Part shown: positions 12,176 to 21,753 of the stretch, one piece after another
How the letters are laid out: every line of letters starts with the position of its first letter
How positions within the stretch are numbered: the first letter of the stretch is position 1
Assembly (NCBI GenBank): GCA_025594325.1
Contig: JANHCV010000006.1
Coordinates: 1,550,001-1,614,000 of the forward strand
Length of the DNA: 64,000 nt
Source: Blastocladiella emersonii ATCC 22665
Lineage: Eukaryota; Fungi; Blastocladiomycota
Direction: 5' to 3'
Notes under the pieces: model-generated
Told to the model about the DNA's origin: nothing
The model's database searches: none
What the model saw: only the letters and a program-made list of their open reading frames with translations
Program-made: the position numbers and the translations under genes

Positions 12176-13427
12176 ATGAACTCGGCCATCAACTCAATCG
12201 TCGCGACTTCTCGCAGTCGATTGCCTGCTGTGGCAAGCTTGCTTAGTCGCGCGGCCGCACGCACAGGCGCAAGTCGCGGGACGTCGTCGGTCCTCAGGCG
12301 CGGCATGCAGTCGTGGTCCAACAACGGTTCGCGCCAGCGTTTCTCGAATGCTGGTTCGCGCCAGCGTTTCACGAATGGTGCGAGCAACAATGGGGCAACA
12401 TGACTTGCGCATCGGACGGAGGCAATTTAGCTGCACCGTGGTACGAGGACACGCGGTACCAGGTTGGCGTCGGGATTCTTGCAGTCGGCACCGCCGCATA
12501 CTACATGGCGCACCTCAACGAGGTGCCCATCTCGGGTCGATGGCAGTTCATTTACGTGTCTCCGGAGACGGAGGCACAGCTCGCCAAGCAGGACTACAAC
12601 AGTACGATGCGCAAGCACCAAGGTCAGCTACTGCCGTCAACTCACCCGACGGTGCAGACGGTGCGCAAAGTCGGCGAGCGCATCGTGCGCGCGGCCGGCA
12701 TGGAAGAGGTCGAGTGGGAGTTTCATGTGGTTGATTCCAAGGGTACAAGCTTCCCCGTTCCTGCGGGCGGGCGAGCAGGGTGACTGACACAATGTGGCGC
12801 GAGGGTAGTCAAAAACGCATTCGTTTTGCGCGGCGGCATGGTGTTTGTCTTCACGGGCATCCTCCCTGTGTGCCGGAACGAAGATGGGCTCGCCGCGGTC
12901 CTTGGCCACGAGATTGCACACCATATGGCGCGACACATTGCCGAGCGTGCCTCGTACACGAACGTGATCAAGCTGGTACGTCCACTTGCGCATCATCCGT
13001 GCTCAGACTAGCGTGACTGACTTACTGACCAACCACCCGGCGCTCCGCGATTCAGGGCCAGTTCATCGCGAGGGAGGTGTTCGAAGCGTCGCCAGACGTC
13101 ACTCGCATCTTCACGGACCTGGACGTACTCAAGCCCTTCTCGCGCATGATGGAGTTGGAGGCGGACCACATTGGGCTGCTGCTCATGGCGCAGGCCTGCT
13201 ATGACCCGCGCGAAGCCAGCAAGGTGTGGAGGCGCATGGCGGCTGCGGATACTGGGGCGCCGCACGAGTTCTTGTCAACGCACCCGGCGCACGAAACTCG
13301 CGTCACACAGCTGACGGACTTGATGCCCGAGGCCTACGTGCGGCTCGCGCAGTCTGACTGCACGGATACGTCATCGTCAGGTCACCTCACCGACATGTTT
13401 TCGAAAATGCCTAAGGTGCGGTGGTGA
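12176..13427 (+). CDS. OMA1: Mitochondrial metalloendopeptidase OMA1 (peptidase M48), 4 exons: 12176-12377, 12431-12742, 12809-12975, 13056-13427; 350 aa
   Basis: Arg/Ser/Ala-rich presequence, EVPISGRWQFI, NAFVL-GGMVFVFTGIL, zinc motif HEIAH, MELEADHIGLLLMAQACYDP and EFLSTHP. Three GT-AG introns restore a single frame (1053 nt). Confidence 0.9.
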
Positions 13428-14083
13428 GGGCCAAAACCCTTGTATTAGCGGGCGGAGGGTGCGAGTGCGCGAGCGCCGCCGCACGACGCTTTATTCTAGT
13501 GTGATTACAGTCGTTTTGTTGCTGAAACCCATGCTTTTAGCCAACGACGCGTGAGGGTATCGCGACGCGACTTGTCTCGCGGAACGAGAGACGCGACGAT
13601 CAATCACGTGAGCGCTGCGAGACAGAACGCGACGTGATCGGCGGCCAGCCGAGGGCAGGCGTGATTCGGTGGATATCACAACGCTTCGCTATATTCCTTT
13701 TATGATTATTTACAATGGTTTTATGGCGTCAACAGTCCAATTCCCACATTACGCTGTCGCGGGAACGGGGGCACCAAGTGAGAACTCTTCGATTAAATCG
13801 GGCTTCTGAGACTTCTAGGCGCAAACTGGTGTTCCCTGTAAGCTCCCGTTGCGGCGACGCCCACGCAGTAGACCCTGGCTGGGTGATCGACGCGCGCGTG
13901 CGCGCTTCTGACCTGCGAATCGACGTGCACCAGATCACTCGCACTTCTACGCATACGAATTTTGAACCAGACACATGCGAGAATTGGAGAGGCAGAACCG
14001 GGCTTTGGTCCTCTCGGCCTCTCAAAAGCCGCGTCCGCCCGCGTTCCGTACACGCTCTCTCTCCAGCAGCAGCCACACTTGCC

Positions 14084-15687
14084 ATGAACTTGCCCACGAC
14101 GCTTCCAACCTACGAGCCCATCGCAACGCAAGTACGACCGCGCCTCTCGCGCCACCGGGACCTACGGCCGCTTCTCCGTGAGGCCGTGGCCGAGGCGGGG
14201 GCCTTGACCCGATCCGCCATCCCTTGCGTCGCGGGCTCGGCCCTGTCCTACGCGAACAACGTGATCCCCACCCTCATCGTCGGCCACTTGGGCTCCAAGG
14301 AGCTCGCGGCGACGACGCTGGCCATAATGGTACGCCTCCGCCGCCGTCATCACCGCGTCCCACCGGATTCGTGCAAACCGCCAGACGAACTCGATCCCTG
14401 ACCGTAACCGACCGCCTCACCCACCAGTTTTCGAACGTGTTCGGCTACTCGATCTGCTTTGGAATCTCGACGGCGCTCGACACGCTCGCTGCGCAGGCCG
14501 TGACGGGCGCGCCGAATCCGCGGCAGGCCGGGATCTACCTGCAGCGGGCGATCCTGATCAATTTCGCGCTTGCAGTCCCGCTCACGGCCGCGTGGTTCTG
14601 CGCGGAACCGATGCTGCTGCTGGTGGGCCAGGACCCGGAACTCTCGAGGCTGGCGAGCGACTACGTTCGAGTGCTATGGATCGGATTGCTGCCGATGATC
14701 GTGAGCAACTGCGTCAACAAGTTCCTGGTCGCCCAAGGCATTGCGCACGCGCAGCTGCTCGTCTCCCTCGCCACGGTCCCGTTCAACGCGGCGGTCGGAT
14801 ACTGGCTGACGTTCGCCGAGTCGCTGTACCAGCTGGGCTTTCTCGGCACCGCCGTCGCTCGGACCGCGTGCGAATGGAACGACATGCTGCTCCTCGTCCT
14901 CTACACGTGGCGCGTCGACGGGCACCAGCGGTGGACGCCGTGGTCGCGAAGCGCGTTGCGCGGGTGGGGCTCGTTCATCTCGCTCGGTCTCCCCGGCGCG
15001 CTGATGCTGTGCGCGGACCACTGGTGCTTTGAGCTCGTCGCGCTGACCGCCGGCTTGCTGGGCCCACTGCCGCTTGCGGCGCAGTCGATCCTGCTCAACC
15101 TGTCCTCGATCATCATCGTGGCGTTCTCGGGCCTCGCCATGGTCGCTGGCGCGCGGGTCGGGAACCATCTCGGCGCGGGCAACGCGCGCGGAGCTCGGCT
15201 CACCGCGAGGGTGACCATCGCGCTCTGCCTGCTCGCGAGCATCGGCGTCTCGTCGCTCCTCCTCGCGTTCCGGTACCAGATCCCGCTCGCGTTCACCAGC
15301 GACCCGGACGTGATCGCACTGGTCGCGCGCGTGCTGCCAATCGTCGCGCTGTTCCAGCTCCCTGACGCTGGCGTCAGTATCATGAATGGCATCTTCCGCG
15401 GATGCGGCAAGCAGAAGGTCGGCGCCATCTTCAGCGTTACGTCGTACTACGCGATTGCCGTTCCGCTCGGCCTCGTGTTGACATTTGCCGCCGAGATCGG
15501 GCTGCCGGGATGCTGGTGGGGCCTCGCGACGGGGCTCTGGACATGTTTCTTTGGCGAGCTGCTGTACCTGCTACGATACGTTGACTGGCGCGCTGAAGTG
15601 ATGGCGGCCAAGGCGCGGATGGACGGGACGGGAAGGGGGCGGTCGCTGTATGTTCGGATCACCCGGGCGATCAATAGATTCAAGTAG
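14084..15687 (+). CDS. MATE family efflux transporter (copy 1), 2 exons: 14084-14329, 14428-15687; 501 aa
   Basis: VGHLGSKELAA, GISTALDTLAAQAVTGA, RVGNHLGAG and GIFRGCGKQKVGA motifs with ~12 hydrophobic segments; intron GTACGC...CAG. Confidence 0.9.
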
Positions 15688-15834
15688 CTACAAGACGCGT
15701 TTCGAAAACATGTGAGTGGCGCAACACGCCCTGAAACGAACGCAGTAGTGGCCAGGACCTCTTCTGTGGCCCACGAACGCACCATGAATGGAACTTTCAC
15801 CTCGCAACCATTCAATACGCACACAATCAGTATA

Positions 15835-16969
15835 TTACGTGATCGACGCGGCGACCTTGGCCACGAGCTCCACCATACGCCAGCAATACCCCTGCTCGTT
15901 ATCGTACCACGCGACGACCTTGAGCAGGCGTCCGTCCGTGACGGCCGTCGAGAGCGTGTCAACGATCGCCGACGCCGTATGCCCACGGAAATCCTCGCCA
16001 ACGAGCGGCTTCGTCTCGACCGCAAGGATCCCCTTGAGCGGCCCCTGCTCCGCGGCGCGCGCGAACATCGCGTTGACCTCGTCGGCGGTCACGTCGCGCT
16101 GGACTTCGAACACGGCGTCGGTGATGGACGCGTTGAGCAGCGGGACGCGGACGGCCATGCCGTGGATCTTGCCGTGGAGCTGCGGGAAGATGAGGCTGAT
16201 AGCGGACGCGGACCCCGTGGTGGTCGGGACGAGCGACGTCATGCACGAGCGCGCGCGGCGCAGGTCCTTGTGCGCCGTGTCAGCGATGGTCTGGGTGTTG
16301 GTGACGCAGTGGATGGTGGTGAATGAGGCGCGCGCGATCCCGACGTGCTCGAGGAGCACCTTGACGACGGGCGCGAGGCAGTTGGTCGTGCACGACGCGT
16401 TGGTCACGATCCAGTGGACTGCCGGGTTGTAGATGTGGTCGGTGACGCCCTGTTCGTAGATTTAGGTGTTAGTGCGCCGCGAGCTCGGCATGATCGAAGA
16501 ATGGGCGTACCATGACAATGTTGGCCGCCTCGGGGAACTTGCACGGCGCCGAGACCACAACCTTCTTGACGCCGTGCGCGAGGTACCGCTCGAGAACCTC
16601 CTTCGTCAGAAACTTGCCCGTACACTCGACGACGACGTCAATCTCGCCGACCTCGCTCCACGGGATCGCGTCGATCGTCGGTGCATCCGAGAACCCAATC
16701 CAGTGGCCGTTGACCTCAAACCCGTCGTAGTCGTCCGACGACACCGCCACGTCGTGCGTGCGCCACACGCCCTTGAGCGAGTCGTACTCGAGGAGGTGCG
16801 CGGCGGTCGCGGCGTCGCCCTTGAGCTCGTTGACGTGCACGACGCGGTACGGGTGCGTGGTGACGTCGCGGCCGTACGAGTCAAAGACGCCGCGCAGCCA
16901 CAGCCGGCCCATGCGGCCGAACCCGTTGATCAGGACGCGCGGTTGGCAAATCGGAGTATCAGTGTTCAT
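15835..16969 (-). CDS. gapdh: ArsJ-associated-type glyceraldehyde-3-phosphate dehydrogenase, 2 exons: 16969-16511, 16449-15835; 357 aa
   Basis: INGFGRMGR Rossmann motif, NASCTTNCLAP catalytic Cys and WYDNE. It also carries the subfamily-type stretches NELKGDAATAAHLLEYDS, TNTQTIADTAHKDLRRAR, SLVPTTTGSASAI and VRVPLLNASITDAVFEV. 61-nt GT-AG intron at 16510-16450. Confidence 0.9.
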
Positions 16970-17122
16970 TGCAATCAGGGTGCTTGGGCGGCGGGGAGAG
17001 CGAGCGAGGGCCGACGGCGAGCTGTTTGCCAAGGATGCCAACCGCCAACACGTTCTCGGCTCCGAAACCTTACGGGATCTTCCGAGGCCGCGGAAAAACC
17101 GGTGTCTATACAATTGAATATA

Positions 17123-18641
17123 TTACGAGCTCTGTGCTGGCGGCTCCTCGCCGGACACCGCCGCCGCGGCCTCGGCGAGCGGCACACCCTCCTCAACCGC
17201 CCCCTCCCTCGCCTCCCTCTCCTTTGCCTCGTCTGGATGCGCGAGCAACAAGTTGACGGCGTTACTCACGACCATAGCGCCGACGCTGAACCAGAGGCAC
17301 GCGGGGAGCCCAAACCCCGAGTAGATATACCCCGAGGCCACGGTGCCCGCAAGCCGGCCGACCGCGTTGGCGCAGTAATAGATGCCGACGTTGGCGGCCA
17401 CCTTGTCGCGGCCCGAGTACGCGACGATGAGGTAGCTGTGGAGCGACGACGCGACGCCAAACAGCGCGGCGAAGGCGCCGAGGCCCGCGATGAGGACGGC
17501 CGAGGTGCCGACGGCCGAGTCATCCACCGCGTACAGGAGCCCGGCGACGAGCGCGAGGACGGCGGCGAGGAGGCCGAGGACCGGGATCAGCGGCCTTGGC
17601 GAGTGCGGGTCCATCCCCGCGCGCTTGACGAGCTGGGGCGCGGCGCTCTGGACGACGCCGTAGACGATGACCCAGGTCGCGAGGAACGCGCCGGTCGAAA
17701 AGTACGCCCAGCCGAGCACGCCGCGGAGGAAGACGGGCAGGGGCACCTCGAACCACAGGTCGCGCGCGCCGAACAGGAACATGCGCGCGAGCGAGAGCCG
17801 GCGGATCTGCGGGTTCTGTTTGCGGACGATTTCGACGAGCGTTGTGCGTTTCGCGGACTTGCCGAGGTCGGCGCCGACGTACGCGAACGAGGCGACGAAG
17901 GTGAGGACCACGAGCGCGAGTAGGACTGAGAGTGCTGGGATGTAGCCCCATGTCACGAGCAGCGCGCCGAAAAAGTAGCCGACGCCCTTGACCGAGTTCT
18001 TGGCGCCCGTCAGCCGCGACACGAGGCGGAGGAGCGACGAGCCCGAGTCAGCGGGTTTCGCGGCCAGCTTGGTCACCGACTTGCCCGACATTTTGACGAG
18101 GTCTACGTGCGGCGGCAGGGTCAGTTGATGAGCGGGTGAGGGGTGTGAGCGCGTAGTACCCTTGGCGATGCCCGAGAGCCCCTGCGACGCAGCAATGTAC
18201 GCCGTCGTCGCGGCCTTGGACCACGCCGGGTCGAGCCCGTACAGCATGCCGATCCCCGCCATCTGCGACACGAGCCTGTCGAGCCCTCTTCCGTCAGCCC
18301 GCTATCCTCCCACAAACAACCCTGCAGACGCACCCAACGAGCAACAGCGGCCGCAACCCGATCCGCGACCCCATGACGCCGCCAAACAAGTTGGTGAACA
18401 CGCCGAGCAGCTCGTACAGCGTGAACATGAGCGCAATCTCGACGGGCGAGAACTTGCGAGTGAAGAGCTCGAGCAGTACGATCATGCGCAGCGCCGAGTC
18501 GCTCAGCGTGAAGGCGAGGTACGTGCACGCAATGGCGTAGAAGTTGGCCATGGACGTCGCCGGTGCCTTGGCCGGTGGCTCGCCGCCGTGCGCCATGGCC
18601 GAGTCGGATGCATTCAGTTGCGCAGCGTCGGTCGTGGTCAT
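17123..18641 (-). CDS. arsJ: Organoarsenical efflux MFS permease ArsJ, 3 exons: 18641-18334, 18275-18160, 18102-17123; 467 aa
   Basis: AFTLSDSALRMIVLL, YELLGVFTNLFGG, QGLSGIAKDLVKMSGKS, LTGAKNSVKGVGYFFG, ARMFLFGARDLWF, SSLHSYLIVAY and VGIYYCANAVGRLAGT match the ArsJ pattern I know from bacterial ars operons. The 58-nt and 57-nt introns restore the frame (1404 nt). Confidence 0.88.
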
Positions 18642-18833
18642 GGGCGATGATACATGTGCGAATTCGGGTCGGTACGGGGAGAGAATGGGGGTTCCCGGGC
18701 TGATCCGCTGCTGATCAAGCTCGGTCACGAACACGTTTTTCCGGCAGGCGGCGCCACACCTTGACCTTGAAAGCGCCGCGTTCGTCGAGCTCCAGGTCGA
18801 GCTCTCTCGCTCTCCCCTCCCCCAAAAATCAAG
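18642..18833. promoter_or_regulatory. Probable bidirectional promoter between arsJ and arsM (192 bp ATG to ATG)
   Basis: Head-to-head genes. Contains direct repeats GTCGAGCTC x2 (18784-18804) and CCTTGA x2; no TATA seen. Confidence 0.55.
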
Positions 18834-19975
18834 ATGGCTTCCATGAATCACCCCGACGGCGTCCTCGCAACGGTCAAGGACTACTACGGCCGCGTGCTGA
18901 GCACGTCCAAGGACCTCAAGACGAACGGTGCGCATCACCCCGCTCGCCTCCGCCGCCACCACCACTCACCCCTCCAATCGTAGCATGCGTGACGTCCAAG
19001 GCGCCACACCCGCTGATCCGCGCGGCGCTGGCCAAGGTGCCTCTCGCTGTGACGGAAAAGTACTACGGCTGCGGCTCGCCGGTCCCGCTGGGCATCGAGG
19101 GCCTGCACGTGCTGGACCTCGGGTCGGGCAGCGGGCAGGACTGCTACATCGCGGCGGCGCTCGTCGGTCCGACGGGGTCCGTGACGGGCGTCGACATGAC
19201 GGCCGCGCAGCTGGCCGTCGTGCGCGGGTCCGTGGCCGAGTACGCCGCGACGCTCGGGTACACGCCGAAACTCGCGTTCGTGCAGGGGTACATCGAGTGC
19301 CTCGAGTCCGCGGGGATCGCGGCGGGGTCCATGGACCTGGTCATCAGCAACTGCGTGGTGAACCTGTCGCCCGACAAGCCAGCGGTGCTGCGCGGCGTGG
19401 CGCGCGCGCTGCGCGAGGGCGGCGAGTTCTACTTCTCGGACGTGTACGCGGACCGGCGCCTCCCGCAAAGCGTGCGCGAGCACCCGGTCCTGTTCGGCGA
19501 GTGTCTCGGCGGCGCGCTGTACGTCGAGGACTTCCGGCGGCTGTGCCAGGCGGCGGGGTTCTCGGACCCGCGCGTGCTGAGTGTCGCGCCGATCGAGGTG
19601 CGCGACCCGGAGCTCACGGAGCTCGTCGGGAACACCAAGTTCTTCTCGATCACGTACCGGCTGTTCAAGCTCGCGGCGCTCGAGGATAAGTGCGAGGACT
19701 ACGGGCAGGTGGCCGTGTACCGCGGCACGATCCCGGGCCACGCGCACAGCTACGCGCTCGACGACCACCACGTGTTCGAGACGGGCAAGCCGATGCTCGT
19801 GTGCGGCAACTCGGCGGCCATGGTTCAGGAGTCGTGGCTCGGCAAGCATTTCGTGGTGACGGGCGACCGGTCGGTGCACTACGGGCTGTTCCCCGGGTGC
19901 GGCGACACGGTGACGAGCAAGGCGGCCGCGGCGTCGAGCGAGGGCGGCGGTGCCGTTGGCGGGTCGTGCTGCTGA
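18834..19975 (+). CDS. arsM: Arsenite S-adenosylmethionine methyltransferase (ArsM/AS3MT), 2 exons: 18834-18927, 18984-19975; 361 aa
   Basis: VKDYYGRVL...DLKTNAC, YYGCG, SAM motif VLDLGSGSGQDCY, ISNCVVNL and GECLGGALY. All four canonical arsenic-binding Cys positions are present; 56-nt intron; C-terminal GSCC. Confidence 0.92.
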
Positions 19976-20049
19976 AGCGAGCGTGGCTCTAGGGCGTAGG
20001 GCGAGTCGAGTGTGTCTCAGGAAGATGTATATACACATGAGCTTACTGC

Positions 20050-20994
20050 TTACTTTTTCGCGTCCTGCTTGTTCCCGAGCGTCGACGCGACGGTCGTCGC
20101 CTCCTGGATCGTGCGTGCGAGGGTGGACCGGATCTTACCGTCCTCCATGGTGAGCAGACCCGCGATGGTGCACCCGCCGGGGGTCGTGACCGAGTCCTTG
20201 ACCATAGCGGGGTGGTCGCCCGACTGGAGCACGAGCCGTGCGGCGCCCTGGAGCGCCTGCGCGGCGAGCTCGATGGCGACGTCGCGCGGGAGGCCCATCA
20301 TCACGCCGCCATCCGCGAGCGCCTCGAGGACGACACACGCGAACGCGGGGCCCGACCCGCTCAGCGCGGTGACGGGGTCCATGTGCTTCTCGTCGAGGTA
20401 CCGGCACCGGCCGAGCGTGGCGAAGATGGTGCGGGCAAACGCCTTGAGCGCGGGCGGCAGCGCGGCGCGCGCCGACAGCACCGTCATGCCCTCGCGGATG
20501 CGGCACGGCGTGTTGGGCATGGCGCGCACGACGTGGGTGCCGGCGGGGACCCAGGCCTCGAGCTGCGCGATGCGGACGCCGGCGAGCAGCGAGATGAGCA
20601 GCTTGCCCTCCCCCAAGGCCTCGGGCATGCCGTCTTCCGAGAGCACGCCCTGCGCGACCTGCGGCTTGGTGCACAGGATCACGGCCTGCGCGTTTGCCAC
20701 GGCCGCGACGTTGTTGCCGAACTCGACGGCGACGGCGCCCGACTTAACGGCGGCCGCGTACTCGTCGCGCAGAGCGGCGGCCGAGTCCTCGTTGGACACG
20801 CACGCGGTGACCGAGATGCCGCGGTCGGCGATCAGGCCCGACTCGAGCAGGCCCGACAGGATGGCGCGGCCCATGGTGCCGCACCCGACAATGCACAGGC
20901 GCGTCAGGTCGGCGGCGGCGACGGCGGTCGAGGCGGTCATGTCGGGGTCGCTGAACTTGGGCGAGGCGGGCGCCGCGATCATGGTCGATGGCAT
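20050..20994 (-). CDS. PRO3: Pyrroline-5-carboxylate reductase, single exon, 314 aa
   Basis: IVGCGTMG NAD(P)-binding motif, VVRAMPNTP, TALSGSGPAF and KDSVTTPGGCTIAGL. Confidence 0.92.
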   Translation of the reverse strand: MPSTMIAAPASPKFSDPDMTASTAVAAADLTRLCIVGCGTMGRAILSGLLESGLIADRGISVTACVSNEDSAAALRDEYAAAVKSGAVAVEFGNNVAAVANAQAVILCTKPQVAQGVLSEDGMPEALGEGKLLISLLAGVRIAQLEAWVPAGTHVVRAMPNTPCRIREGMTVLSARAALPPALKAFARTIFATLGRCRYLDEKHMDPVTALSGSGPAFACVVLEALADGGVMMGLPRDVAIELAAQALQGAARLVLQSGDHPAMVKDSVTTPGGCTIAGLLTMEDGKIRSTLARTIQEATTVASTLGNKQDAKK

Positions 20995-21753
20995 GCGAGT
21001 CCGTTAGGGTGGTGGAGAGCAAGGGCGCGGACGCGGAAGGGCGCGCGTACGTTTTATACGGCAGCTGTTATCGCTTGTGGCGTACGCGATGTTATCACAC
21101 ACGTCTGAGGGACAGGAGAGGCCGCGGGCGAGCGAGGAAGCGTCGAAAAAGCCAGCTCGTCGACCTCACGACGCGTGACTCAGGCGATCAGGCGGAGGCG
21201 GCGCCCGGTCCCGTGAGCAACATATAAGCGAATGTCTCGCACCGGCCACGTGCGGGTATCCGTGGCATCCGGATAGGCGCGGCACGGAGTTCATTAGCGC
21301 GCGCCGTGATTGGGTCGCGAATGAACGCCGCGCATGTCTCGAGCTGCCACGCCAAGCCGACTTGGCGGCGGCACCGGACGCGTCGCCGTCAGCGCCGCAG
21401 CGCCCAGCGAGTGCTGCCGAGTTGAGTTGCAGGTTGAGTGGAGTGGTCGACTCGATGCGTGCGCGGTGCCACCCATCATCGCCGACCGACCGGCCGCGCA
21501 CGCGGTGCTGCCTCCCGCCTCGCTCCCCCTCCCCGCGTATTACATTATCACGCACGGGCCCATCGCCCCCGACCGCACTCCACGCAACGGATACCACCAC
21601 CCTGACCACCTGCTCCGAACCAAGAACCAACACCGACGCGTCGTCCCCCTCGCCTGGAAGTCCGTGCGCCGCGCCTTCCGCGCACACATGCAGTACGCCG
21701 CCGCCCGCCCAGGCACTGACACTCTCCCGCCTCCCGCCTCAGTAGAACCCACC

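Noticed and set aside
12326-12379. 27-bp tandem repeat (GSRQRF x2) in OMA1
   Set aside because: A real duplication, but it lies in the poorly constrained mitochondrial presequence, so it is unremarkable.
15835-19975. Bacterial contaminant or unintegrated operon as the source of the ars genes
   Set aside because: All three genes need host-type GT-AG introns to be in frame and are contiguous with clearly eukaryotic genes.
21334-21753. N-terminal extension of VTS1 given by the ORF track (792 aa)
   Set aside because: It starts at a non-ATG codon, reads as non-coding, and contains an apparent intron just before ATG 21754.
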